Source of the DNA: Tubiluchus corallicola
Taxonomy: Eukaryota > Animalia > Priapulida
Reading direction: 5' to 3'
Assembly: GCA_030141605.1 (NCBI GenBank)
Contig: JAQGDQ010000135.1
Coordinates: forward strand, 62,001-126,000
DNA length: 64,000 bases
In this document: one piece after another, positions 51,165 through 63,188 of the stretch
How positions within the stretch are numbered: position 1 is the stretch's first letter
Layout: each line of letters starts with the position of its first letter
Made by a program: the position numbers and the translations under genes
Notes under the pieces: generated by a model
Told to the model about the DNA's origin: nothing
Database searches by the model: none
Seen by the model: only the letters and a program-made list of their open reading frames with translations

Positions 51165-51264
51165 GGTGTTCGGGATCGGAGTCGCTATGGCGAACATCAT
51201 GTTCCATCCCAAACCCCGTTCCCGAGCATCTTATCTCGTCCCGTCCCCGATGCCAACCCCGAAC
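51165..51264. repeat. Short dispersed repeat with hairpin potential, copy 2
   Basis: GGTGTTCGGGATCGGAGTCGCTATG followed by complementary C-rich units (CCCGTTCCCGAG, CCCCGAAC). Confidence 0.65.
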
Positions 51265-54200
51265 TGTAGAAGCTTATACTATTTAAAAGCAACCTTTATT
51301 TTGGTTTTCGAGGCATGTGAAGAAAAATTACCCATTTATCAAGTTACTTATTGTTTAAATTTCGTGATAATGTATTTCTTATTGAAATTTCTTAAATATA
51401 ACTGCATCGCGTGATTGCTACCTCTATTTTTTAAAATGCCTTGTAAATACTTTAAAGTAAATGCATGATTGGCTTTTCAATGCCCCGAGTGTATTCGACC
51501 CTCTATGAGTGTGATGCTTCTGGTGGGGTGTATTCGCAATAATGTTGGAACAATTTACGAAGAATACGAAGAATATATATCGTGTTATTCTTATTTCACA
51601 GTATTGCTACTAGTATCCTTTGATTCTTTTCTGCCTAAATATAGCCCAAACAAATTAAGTTTCTTAGTCAGTATACCTATAAGTCCATAATTATTCTTTC
51701 TAACAATTATTTCAATTTCAAGAAAAAAATTACTGTCTATCTTACATCTACTTATAGTATGTATAGCCTAGTGCAAGAGACACCACGTGGAAAGTACTTA
51801 TTGTTAGTACATGACTGAAGGTTTTATCATTGAGAGAATCACAGAATAATTAACGTATTTCGACCTAGCGAGCAGTGCGTTGGCACGCAATGATCCTTTC
51901 TTTGGCATAAGGTTCAGGCTTAAATACTTTACCATCGTTAGGCCTTGCAGAGAAAGAACGTTTACTTCTTTCAGTAAAATCTGTTTTGACGGCGGGTTTA
52001 TCGTTGTTGCACGGTGCACCAGTTTATCATAAGTGCAGTGTGAGTACTTGTGTGACTTAATTTGCGCGTGAGTGCTTAATCATCTGCCATAATGGGTGTC
52101 TCTTGAAGTCAGAGGGACACAATTTTTAAACTCTTCCACTAAAAGTCTAAGATCAACTGTTAATTTTGGTCAACTTCTTTTGACTTGAGCCACCTGAATT
52201 GGACTTTTTCTTTGGCAAATTATGCGTATTTTTGGTTACTGTTTTTTTTCAGGCTGTAGGTTTCTGGTGCTAATTCATAAGCTGCCAAGATTGTCTCCTG
52301 AGTTATGACAGTAGTCACTGCTTCGCTCAAGTGACATGGCCGTATATACATCTCTAGCGCTGCCATTTAAAACGTTTTGCAATAATAAGTAAAACATTTT
52401 TCACCTCCGTAGGCTTGTCGCAATTTTCTCAAAACGCAAGAAGTAACATTTTCTGTCACAACAGTCAGAACAGCAAAATGTCGTAACAGGCCTCTATCCA
52501 ACTCTACCCAACCATCGCGCTGTCAACTACTAATGCTAATGCTACTAACTACAAACTACTAATGCTACCCAACCACCGTCCTATCAGTCGCTAACCCTTC
52601 ACACAATAAATAAATAAATAATTACACAATGAAAATTTCACATTAATAGCATACATTAAATTAAATGAACATTTAGCTAAAAGCCTAAGCATTAAGAATT
52701 AGGAATTTTAAATTGTTAATTAGTGTCAGAAAATAAGGCTAATAGGAGTCATAAAGTTAAAATTCATAAAAATCATAAAGAAAAATTTGAAACGTTAAAG
52801 TTAAAAACCAGTTAAAAGTTATTTACTAAATACAACAAAATTATATTGGTAAGATGACATGTTAGATTAAAAGTGCCAAAAGTTAAAGTAGTAATAAAAG
52901 TTACACCCGATTCAAAACAGTGATTATGAATAAAAAAACATAAGGTCAATAATAAGGTGATTAAAAAAGACTAAAATCAGAAAGATAAAACTTAAGATTT
53001 GAAAAACGACACAACAGACTAAAATGTAATTTTATTTAACGTATATGTATATTATGCATATACGCAGTATATGTATACAATAGTCTCTTTGAATTTGAAA
53101 AATGTATCAGGTCACAAGGTTTTCACTTTGGCTGACATAATTATTTTAAGCCGATACAAGATTTGATCTAGGTCTGCTTACGGTCTCTTGCAAGGATTGA
53201 TTCTTTTTGTGACCGTTTTTTCAAAACTTCCGCGTACTTGTACCAGATAAGAGATTAACCTGAAAATAAGTTAGTGTTTACATTGTAGTATACCCGCCTC
53301 CACGCAAATAAAAGCATTGCGTTAGGACTAGTTGTTTAGTTAGTTAAGTCACTTATATATAATAACCCCTAAACTACTAGAAACATTAACAATAAATGAC
53401 TGTGGTTCATTTGATTTCCAAACTAATAATTATTTGATAAAAAAAGAAGATATTATTAATTATAAGGTGATCATACATGCATAGTCAGAAACGGGATTAC
53501 ATGTTAAGCTTTCCCATGATTATTAAGGCAACGTGGTGGGAGAGTTGAGTGCTTGGGGGTAGGCTTGTTCATGTGCGTACAGCAGCTTTCAATTTTGCTT
53601 TCAATTACCTGCTTTCAATTTTGGCTATTTTCTAATTCAGTTAGGAAAACACACCTTTCACAAAGAATTATTCTACATTAATTCTTCAAAATTTGAGCAA
53701 AACTAGTTTTTGTAAGTCGCAATTGGACAAGAGAGCAAAAGAAAATTTGTAATGAATTGCGAAGTTCTCAAGAAAATAACCGGTTACATTTTGAGTGCCA
53801 ACTGCCAAGAAGTTTCTCTCAACGTCAGGTTACCTTATGGAGGTGTCACTGTTTCCTTTCAAAACAAACGAAAGCGTAGTGTTCATGTAGTTTTCAAAGT
53901 TTCCATAAAATACTGTGATGAGAGTAAGAATACGTAACGCACGATTAATGATGCGTTTTCTTGACTGTACATTGCCCTTAATGTGGCACAAAATTCTATT
54001 GTGCATCGCAAATTTCGATTGTTAGGTTGAGATATCGTGCAGAGAAAGTTTGCTTTGCTGCGTGTTGAAAAAAGCTTTGGACCAGTATAGCACAACAAAA
54101 ATCAGCTCAGGAGGAAAATAATGAATTTGAAGCAGCTATTCCTACAGATTTTGTATGTCGTCAAAAAACTGTAACGTAACAAGGAAAATTGACGCAGTTA

Positions 54201-55855
54201 TTGTTAACAGTCGAGCTATCTTGTTGTTATCAAAAATTATATAGACTTTATTTTATTTGTTTTTCTATTTTATGTGACAAATTTATTAAAGTCGTATATT
54301 CCTTTAATAGGTTTAACATCAACTTAACAAAAGAAGAAAAGAAAAAGAAACAAAATGCGTGTAACAAAACGGTATTTTTTATTTAAAACGTTTTCTCCCA
54401 ATGACGGTATAAACCCAAAGCATTTATATCATGGCCCAAACGGTATACGTGAAAGACACTAAACCTGAAAAAGTTGAAATACAACCTCGATTTGAACTAG
54501 GGTGCTTTAGATCACCGGGCCATCGTACTTCCGTAGTCAAGGGCGTCCAAAGTTTATAACTGGCCAACTCATTGATTAATATGGTATATTTGCAATACAC
54601 GTACAAATCTGATGAAAAGCACAGTTCATTCATCCTCACATGCTCCTACAGAATGCCAAAACAAACACTAATTTTAGAAAAACCGATACAGTTTTTCTGT
54701 ACCATATAGTTTACACTATAGTTTCTCTTTAAATAAGAAATTTTGAAACGAGTTTACGATTTCACGTATACCACGTCGCTGGTCAGGTCAGTTGATTCCT
54801 CTGCGAATTATACAGGTCACCAGGTTGAGACAGTAGCAAAAAATCGAGAAAGAACGGCATGGAAAGTGTCTCTGTGCGCATGCGTGTTTGCGTGTACAGC
54901 TAGGATGAGATCTCAGACTTACTCTTGGGCTAGTAGCTCAAAAGTAGAGGGTGCGAACTGAAACTAGCACCTCCCACGATTAGCTCGTAATCAGTTTTTG
55001 TTGCTTTGTTTTGTGTGTAATTATTATATTCTCTCTTATAATCTGTTTGTCTTGTTTATTGTCCTAGCGTAAACGCTTTATTCAACAAAATGTTGTTTCT
55101 CATCATCATCAAATTTATCAGTATAAATCTTATATGGGGTCTGTTTCAGTCAGTTTACCGTTAAAGGACAATAAAAGGGGTACCTAAAGTAGGTTTCAGA
55201 AAAATCGCCTTAAGAAATTATATTACTTAAGAGCAATTTTATGCGTATATCGTACTTGCGTTGAAAGGACTTTTTGTTTGTTTTCATTTTAAATCTCCCG
55301 CAATACAGTTCCGACGGGGCCATTACACGACGTCATCTACTACGCAAACGTAAATCAGGGGAAGAAAAAGAAAATTTAAATTATGTCTCAAAAGGTCTTC
55401 TAGGCAAAGTTATGTTACTTAGCATTTCGCTTACCTGCTTGAAAGACTTATGTAGCTAGAAAAGAAAACTATTAATTATTTAATCTGCTTTCATCAATTG
55501 TTGAAATGTTCATCAACTGCTCACCCTCCAGGATGCATTACTCACTAACCAAAAATGTATTTTTAATGTTATTGATACGATACGGTAATTTTAAATTTTG
55601 CTTAGTTAGTCTCGTGTGCACTACGAATGCTCTGATTATTTTTTCAAACTTTATAGACTGCTACCTAAACTTGTTTCAAATGACTTATTGTCAAAATGGT
55701 TGCGTCTAACGGTGATCGCGGGAGTTTAAATTTACATACTTTATGCAGCGTTCTTGCCGATTCAAGTCTAATATGCAAAAAGGCAGTATGTAAGTGGTAT
55801 AAAATTTCAATACGAACTTTTTAGGCTTTATGCAAGTTGAGGGTTTTCTTGTGCT

Positions 55856-57385
55856 TTAACTGTTTAGTATTAACAAAATTCTCTGCTTCATTCTGTTCAG
55901 CAATGAATTTCTTAGATAAAGAGCTCTCTCGTCTTTGACTAACTGGTACTGAACAACACCTTGCCAGTGTTTAGGATTATAGTGATGTAGAAATCCCGCA
56001 GTTGGATCGACCAAGAATGGCTTGTCCTTCAACCGAGCATGCTTCCAAACTCTGTGAATACCTTGTAAAAGCACGAATTTCGGTCTGACTATGACCTTTG
56101 ACCTGTGATTTCGTGGATGAAAAAAAGACGTTCTTTGAGTGCTCGACAGGAAAAAAGACAGCGTCTCCAAGCGCTCACTGTGCAAAGTTTCTGCCAAGCT
56201 CGGTACGGACGTGTTTGCAACGTTGAAGAAAGTATTTCTGAACATGTAGCTTCCAACATTGGTGCCATTTTGCTGCTTGGGAAGTCTGTGCAAAAGTTCA
56301 GACAAGGTATAAATACCCTCAGCATGAGGGAAAATCATCTCGTCCATATCACAGATTATCAAATATTCGAAGTTGAACATATTACTATATAAGCAGTCAT
56401 GAATTGAAGACAACTGTGCGGCGGTTCTTAACCGAAATGGCTTCATTTCCGGTGGTTTGACCACGCCCTTGTGCGTTACGTTTGCGTCGCGTATGTTCCA
56501 GTCAGTAATACGCACGTAATTACTTGACGCGTACGACGACATGACTCGATTCACTTCGTGAGCCGCAGAGCCATTATATAACATTACCACATCCACACCA
56601 AGTAATCTATATGTCTCAATAACTTCGATCAAATGAACACTGTTTTCGTAGTTGCCAACAATTGGCGCTACGCACGCACCAAGTTTATACTGCGGAGTTG
56701 GATTAGTCCGTCTGTTCAGAATGCGCATGGTAAAATTAGACACGATAGAAGAAGACGAAGAAACACTAACGAATTCAGGAATATAACCAGTCTTGCCAAT
56801 AAAACAAAGAAACAGTACGGAGACATCCGGATTCTTCGTATAGCGATTCTCACGTACGTCGTGTCGCTGTGCAGCCACAACGGTGACAGCAGTGTCACCG
56901 TCATTCCACAAGTGGCAAAAGAGTGGAAATGAGAAATTTCTGTCTGCGGCAGCAACGATGATGATGATATTACCTAAGGCCTTAAAGCGCCTTTCAAGAA
57001 AAGCAGAAAAAACGACAACGGGATACCGCATGTCCACGTATTGCCACTTGTGGTTGAAAATCTTCGAATGTGAGTCTGTTTCAGTCTTTTCCTCGCGAAG
57101 AATGTCATCGTTGTGAGGGCGACGATTCACAGCATCACTCGAGGATGAAGAATTTGTTAAAAACTCATCTTTGTCAGCTCTTATTTCATCTGCTTCGACT
57201 TGAGAATGAAAATACGTAACATTTCCATGATTTCCCACGTCTGTCCTTTTACTGTTAGAAACTGTTTCAATTTCCTCGCGATTCAGATGCCAATTATCGT
57301 TGGTGGAAAACGTGTAAATCACGAACACAAAAATAACAAGCGTCACCGCTGCACGAGAAAAACAATAACTATGATCAACTTCCAT
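55856..57385 (-). CDS. Glycosyltransferase family 92 (GALT-1-like beta-1,4-galactosyltransferase), type II Golgi membrane protein, intronless; the true start may be 57402 (see findings)
   Basis: 509-aa ORF with an N-terminal hydrophobic anchor and an acidic/Ser stem. GT92-type motifs follow: VVFSAF, ACVAP...LIEVIETYRLLGVDVVMLY, QLSSIHDCLY, DxD motif (CDMDEMIFP), RSKVIVRP...GIHRV, LHHY. Confidence 0.85.
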   Translation of the reverse strand: MEVDHSYCFSRAAVTLVIFVFVIYTFSTNDNWHLNREEIETVSNSKRTDVGNHGNVTYFHSQVEADEIRADKDEFLTNSSSSSDAVNRRPHNDDILREEKTETDSHSKIFNHKWQYVDMRYPVVVFSAFLERRFKALGNIIIIVAAADRNFSFPLFCHLWNDGDTAVTVVAAQRHDVRENRYTKNPDVSVLFLCFIGKTGYIPEFVSVSSSSSIVSNFTMRILNRRTNPTPQYKLGACVAPIVGNYENSVHLIEVIETYRLLGVDVVMLYNGSAAHEVNRVMSSYASSNYVRITDWNIRDANVTHKGVVKPPEMKPFRLRTAAQLSSIHDCLYSNMFNFEYLIICDMDEMIFPHAEGIYTLSELLHRLPKQQNGTNVGSYMFRNTFFNVANTSVPSLAETLHSERLETLSFFLSSTQRTSFFHPRNHRSKVIVRPKFVLLQGIHRVWKHARLKDKPFLVDPTAGFLHHYNPKHWQGVVQYQLVKDERALYLRNSLLNRMKQRILLILNS

Positions 57386-58220
57386 CTGCGATGTGGAGGC
57401 ATTGCCCGACTACCGCAGCACAAGAAATGAAACGCGCGTTGTGCCCATTATAGCATGCTTCCCTCCACGCTAGGTAGCGCAGCTGAGGTTTTTATGAATT
57501 CGTCATAGCGTGAAATGGAAGTGGTTCCTCATTCCTCATAACAATTGAAAGCAATGGAAGTGGTTCGAAGAACATAATTTTAAAGTTAAATGATCTATAA
57601 ACAAGTCATTAAAGTTCAACTGTTTGACGCCTTGGTGGACTATATAATGCTACTGCAAATTTGCAGTGTTTATAGGGCCAGTAAGTTTAGTACACTTTGG
57701 GCGCAGATAAATAAATTAACAAGCCTAGCAACTATTTTCACGCGCTGTCGTTCAAATCTCTCATAACTGTTCTTGCAAATAATTTTTATGCTGTTTGTCA
57801 ACCATGGGCAGGGTATACTTAAAATAGATGACTGTGGTGGCACCGGATACTATCTCTCGATCAAAGATCAGTAATCCTGTGCGAGTACAATGTTTTATCT
57901 ATACAGTGTAGGCCTACTTGTTGGCTGCACTTCTTACAGCTCCTCGCTTTATGCTTAAATACGCGATAAATTGATCATTAATTTCAGTGATTGTAGTCTT
58001 AAGTATTCATGAAGAGGATATGGCCTACTTGTGATTGCTTTTTTTGACCCGACTATAGTGTTTTATGTCATTTACTAAACACTTATTTACTAGATTTAGT
58101 TAGTGCTAAACATCTTATATTTTGTATAACTTATCGTTTGTAATTTTAATTAATTTTCTGGTAGCACAGCGTCATTGGTCCATATTTTTCGTGTTTAATG
58201 CGCTTTATAAATTGGTAATA

Positions 58221-58314
<94 letters not shown>
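58221..58314. repeat. (AAT)n microsatellite, ~31 units
   Basis: Direct inspection. Confidence 0.97.
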
Positions 58315-59155
58315 GCAATAACTTTGTGTGTGTCAAGTTCAATTTATTACCTCAGAAGAAACTTTAGTGAAGTATTTGTAATACCTTATTGTTAATTCTG
58401 AGATTAATAAAATATGTTTATACAAAATAATAGTAATAATATGAGGCAACAGACCGGCATACGCCCATAAGCAACCACTTGGCTAATAACCTCAACAAGT
58501 TCAGCAATATTTTGTTTTCTAATTTATTTACATTGACTTTTTGAATACGGCATCTAGTTCTCGTCAGCCAACAGCAGGTGTTATTATTAAAGTTGAATGA
58601 TTGTAGCGAGACTGACACCTAGCAAATTGCTAAGGATAATTGCTAAAAAAAAGGACAGCAAAAGGACAAAGACACTTATTCACAGTCGCTGGGACAACAG
58701 ACAACATTGGCCGTCGGCTACTATAAGCGACTCTTAACGAATACAAAAAATTAGTAATCTTGAGATTTTTTGTAGATGTAGTACTTTGTTGTTTATTTTG
58801 TGCTGCGCTCTGTTGCAGACTGAAATGTTATTGTACGTGCCCAGATGCGTTGTATTATTGTATGTGAATTCGTCTAAAATGGCACGGGATTGATAATTGT
58901 TTAACTGAAACTGGAAAGCACACTATGTCCAGGCGATGTATGTGTCCAAAGTTTCTCTTTTAATTTTCAGCTGGTTGATTGAGTGTCATGTGTCTTATGT
59001 TGAAATTAAACTGTCGTTCATCGCCGTTGCCAGTAAATCGGACGTTTTGATTACAAGCTTGCATTACTTCATTTACGTTCCCTACGTCCAACATTTTCAA
59101 TGGCGAAATTTATAAGTAGTAGCTTTATTAGCACACATCGTGCGATTTTTTTTCA

Positions 59156-59157
<2 letters not shown>

Positions 59158-59201
<44 letters not shown>

Positions 59202-59372
59202 CCTTCTCTCTGTGTTTGCCGCTCTTCTTCTCTTGTCGTTCTCTTTTCCTGCCTCCTTTCCCTGTCTTTCTATCACACTCCCTCTCTCCTTTCTTTCTCT
59301 CCGTCTCTTTTCTTTCCTTCATCTCTCCTTCCTCGTTCTCCTTACTCATTCACTTTTCCTCTCTTTTCTTCT
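59158..59372. repeat. (GT)n microsatellite (59158-59199) followed by a CT-rich tract
   Basis: Direct inspection. Confidence 0.93.
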
Positions 59373-60094
59373 CAAATGTTGTCAATAATGGAAGCTTTTC
59401 TGTGACATTGTTCAATTGAGCTCTCATGTAGTTTTTGAGACTGTAATCCTAGTCACGGTTTTTGAACAATTAAAGCTCGTTTCAAACCACTCAAAAATTT
59501 TTATGAATAAGGTATTTATTTAACAAAATAAACCATCACTCTTACAAAAAAAATCTACTCTTTATATCAAAATCAACGCGTCACAAGTTTTTGGTGACCT
59601 TGTTTTGTCATGTAAAATCATCATGGTGATATTTAAATGGTGATAATCGTCAGAGTGGTGATTAAAATCATGATGGCAATCACAGCTTGTGCAAAACTGA
59701 TAAGCACAGTTGAGCTACTTCCGTTTTTTATCACATCTGTGGCAGAGAGATTGTCCGTATCAGTTATAAAAGCATTCATTACGATGTTATTGTTGTCCTT
59801 AATTCTGACAATGACACCATTAATAACAATAATCTTTGCGTCACTAGTGACAATTTCAGTTTTACGACGTTGATAGAAATTGTCAGTCTGAAAAGCCACA
59901 CATTTAAGACACCATATCCTTTATTACTTCAGTAATCTCCATAAAACAAGCCGTTCTCTCAGCACGCAGTAAATTTTACGTTCACACAGACGCAAGCGTG
60001 TTCACATACATCATTGGGCAATTAAGTGATGCCGTTGAATACAGTTAAGTAGCGTTTTTACGTGATTTTGCTACCATGCATCACTGTGACTGTT

Positions 60095-62134
60095 TCACAT
60101 GTTAGGCCTTCCAGAACTAGGCGTTCTACCAATTTCCTTCAGCACAAGCATTCCTCTTCCGTTGTACATTAAAGTATTGCGGCGCGGAACATTGTTGCCG
60201 TTTCTTGGCATGCCACTGTTTATTAATACGAAATTGTTACCACTCATGACTATCTCCTCAGTCGTCTCCGCTTGGGGCGTCGTCGTTGGCACTAGAAGAT
60301 AAATTGCTTGGGCACCCTGGATGTTATTCCAAGAAGATCTTGCAAGCGTCGTCTTGGTCGTGGTCGTCGGCATAGCGGTAGTAGGTGGTAACGTTGTTGT
60401 CGTCATCATTTCTGGTGTTGTACTCGTCATTACTGCCATTATGACGAAGTTCATTCCAGGACCATCCTTAGAGGTTTCGTCAGATGTGCCATCGTCAGTT
60501 AACATCATCATCAATAGCTCCCTAGGAATCATCATGATGTTTCCATTCGAATCTTGAAGAATTAGTTTCTCTATTGGCATAGCAGAGTCTGACATTGGTG
60601 GTGGCATTCGAGGTGAGCTTGATATGGTCGTCATCTTTGTAGGTGGAGCTGCTGTCGTAGTGGTTGTTGTAGTTGTGGTGCTGGTGGTAGTTGTCGTCGT
60701 TGTTGTTGTTGCTGTTGTTTTAGTCGTTGGAGTCAAAGATGTGGGAATGTATAAAATAAATGGCCAAAATTGTGATTTTGTTTTCTCGTTCATTAATGTT
60801 GCTGTATGCATTGTCGTTGACGTTGTTGATGGAATGGTAGTAGTTGTTGTTGTAGTGGCTGTTGTAGTGGGCATGGCAGAAGGACTTGGCATGTACATAA
60901 GAAAAGGCCAATGTGGTGCTTTTGAGGTAGTCTTTTCTACAAATGACACCCGTGGTCCCATTTTACTTGGGAATATGTGAATTTCTCCCTTGATATTGCC
61001 AGTTTCAGGTGCAGCGGTGGTGGTAGTAGTCGTAGTAGACGTCGTAGATGGTGCTGGTGTAGCCACTGGCGAAACCATTGTTACTGGTCTAACTGGTCTA
61101 GTTTGACGCATTTCAGTTGCTCGCGTAGTGGTGCTCTGAGTAAACGCTGAAGTTGGCAGAGCTGTACTGGTAACCGTTTTCATGGCGTTTGGCACTACAG
61201 GTAAATAATTAATCGTTTTTCCTGGCGAGTTTTGCACATAACCAAAGTTTTGTTTTTTCAGGATGCTGGAATCATAAGCAGGTGTGACATAGTACCCAGA
61301 TGCCGCAAGATATTGTCCACCATAGCTTTTTTGAGGATTGTGGTGGTTTGTCGTTGGACGGTCGTACACTCGCACGCCATTGTGGCTGGAATGCGCTGGA
61401 CGCAGTGTTGTCCAAGGATTATAATAAGGTGTAGTGGCAGTAGCGTGCTGTGGGTACTGCTGGTAGAGCGGCTGGATCGTATTATATTGTTGCTGCTGTT
61501 GCTGATAGAGATGGTTAACTGGAGTCACTATTTGCCTGTTGTATACATTTTGAGGATAGTATCCACCAGGATGGTTGGGACCTGGATCTGGACCTGGATT
61601 ATAATTGTTATAGTACGCGGTTGGCCCTGCTTGATATTGTTGTAGTGGCTGATGTTGCAAGCCATAATATTGACGTTGGGCTGCTGGTAGTAGTGGTGGT
61701 GCAACAGGTGGATAGTTATACCCAAATCCATAGTCATAATGATATTTGTAGTCTTCTGTGTAGTCGCTATCGCAGTAATAACCATAGCATTGAGTTGTCG
61801 TTGTTGTCGTCGTAGTAGTAGTTGTATAGTTTCGATGAAAGCCGAAACCACCGTATAAACCATAAGGAAAGAACGGAAATGCACCATAAGGAGAATAGGT
61901 GGTGCTCCTGTATTGATGAATGTGAATGTGATAACCATTTCTGTAGCTGTCATCATCATCATACGAGCTTGTCGTTGTCGTTGTTGTAGTTGTTGTTTTT
62001 CTACGTCTGTAGAAATATCCAGTTCGATGTCTGTTGTGTCCTGGAAATCCAAAAGGCTGTCTGTATCCTCCGTGGTCGTAGTATCCATAAGGATTGCTGT
62101 ACACATCGCACAAAGCAATGATCGATGATATTGC
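60095..62134 (-). CDS. Exon 2 of a secreted low-complexity mucin-like or extracellular structural protein (679 aa; ~692 aa total)
   Basis: Acceptor gtctgttccag|GCAATA, so the ORF-track MCLFQ is probably intronic. 2-kb open frame with Tyr/Gly, Tyr/Asp, Gln/Pro/Tyr, poly-Thr and Met-rich blocks. Thr codons are mixed, which argues against a simple microsatellite. AATAAA on the minus strand at 59920-59925 and 59515-59520. Confidence 0.8.
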   Translation of the reverse strand, partial: AISSIIALCDVYSNPYGYYDHGGYRQPFGFPGHNRHRTGYFYRRRKTTTTTTTTTSSYDDDDSYRNGYHIHIHQYRSTTYSPYGAFPFFPYGLYGGFGFHRNYTTTTTTTTTTTQCYGYYCDSDYTEDYKYHYDYGFGYNYPPVAPPLLPAAQRQYYGLQHQPLQQYQAGPTAYYNNYNPGPDPGPNHPGGYYPQNVYNRQIVTPVNHLYQQQQQQYNTIQPLYQQYPQHATATTPYYNPWTTLRPAHSSHNGVRVYDRPTTNHHNPQKSYGGQYLAASGYYVTPAYDSSILKKQNFGYVQNSPGKTINYLPVVPNAMKTVTSTALPTSAFTQSTTTRATEMRQTRPVRPVTMVSPVATPAPSTTSTTTTTTTAAPETGNIKGEIHIFPSKMGPRVSFVEKTTSKAPHWPFLMYMPSPSAMPTTTATTTTTTTIPSTTSTTMHTATLMNEKTKSQFWPFILYIPTSLTPTTKTTATTTTTTTTTSTTTTTTTTTAAPPTKMTTISSSPRMPPPMSDSAMPIEKLILQDSNGNIMMIPRELLMMMLTDDGTSDETSKDGPGMNFVIMAVMTSTTPEMMTTTTLPPTTAMPTTTTKTTLARSSWNNIQGAQAIYLLVPTTTPQAETTEEIVMSGNNFVLINSGMPRNGNNVPRRNTLMYNGRGMLVLKEIGRTPSSGRPNM

Positions 62135-62181
62135 CTGGAACAGACACATATAATAATTTTATGATACTTTTTAATGAAATT

Positions 62182-62184
<3 letters not shown>

Positions 62185-62215
<31 letters not shown>
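62185..62215. repeat. (AT)n microsatellite in the intron of the secreted-protein gene
   Basis: Direct inspection. Confidence 0.93.
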
Positions 62216-62217
<2 letters not shown>

Positions 62218-63188
62218 GACTATAAACATTATACAATGCATTAAAATCAGTCAGTGTACCTAACTAAAAATTTTACACTGTTAGCTGGCAAATGCGTCAA
62301 GTGCTAGAAACTAAAACTACTGGTGAATGTAATGCATAAAACACAAGCTTTAAACAAACTGTAGCGTACGATGAAATGTACAAGCACAAGCGCGCTAATT
62401 GCCAATATGATGTTGACAATGACAATAGGACATACACAAACATACACGATCATCAAGTACGCATTAAAATTGATGGAAGTTTATTCGACTTTATAATGAA
62501 AATTTTTAATCGTGCATAGATTCAAGAGCTAAAAATAAGCAGCAAGCAGATGGCAAACAGTATGTTCTACTGAGACTTTCACATCAGTTTAACATTCACC
62601 AACTAGCACCGTAACATCGCTTCGAAATGTTCTTCCTCGCAAACTGCCATTTTGGAATAAAAAAGGAAATTGATGCATCGACTGTTGCTACGTACTATGA
62701 AGTAAAATAACTTCTTTAATAATTTTTAGTTGTCCTTAGATATCAGTCATTTCACATATTACAGCATAATAGTTCCAAAGTATTAGTTTTAGTTCCAAAG
62801 TATTATTCACAGAATTAACAAAAACATTAACGCGCTGAGGGACATAGGTACAGGACAAAAGTGATGTATCTTTGCCGGAATATCATACTAGTATATCATA
62901 AAAATGAGTTGACATAGAAGTAACAGTGAACTAAAAAACAAGAGCTATTGTTGGTCACTACAATAACAAGGCGTCTACTTTTCAGAATACCATAGTCCAT
63001 AAGAAGACCATATTTCCTCAAAAGACGTTTTTGCGGTCTTCACACAGGTTTTTAGGTAGTTTGCCAGATTCACAAAGCTTAATAGCCAGCTCATAGTGCA
63101 TTAGCAATCTTAATTGCATAAGTATATACAGTTAAAACACTTGTAGAAGCGAGGAATGCTGCAAAAGTGAAAGAAAAGCTATACGTAC

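Noticed and set aside
59100-59419. ORFs with CVCVCV and THTHTH runs
   Set aside because: Artefacts of (GT)n and CT-rich low complexity.
61528-62241. 237-aa alternative-frame ORF overlapping the secreted protein
   Set aside because: Starts in an intron across an (AT)n tract; openness is explained by the biased codons of the main frame.
62770-62805. 16-bp direct repeat TAGTTCCAAAGTATTA x2
   Set aside because: Simple local slippage duplication in an intron.
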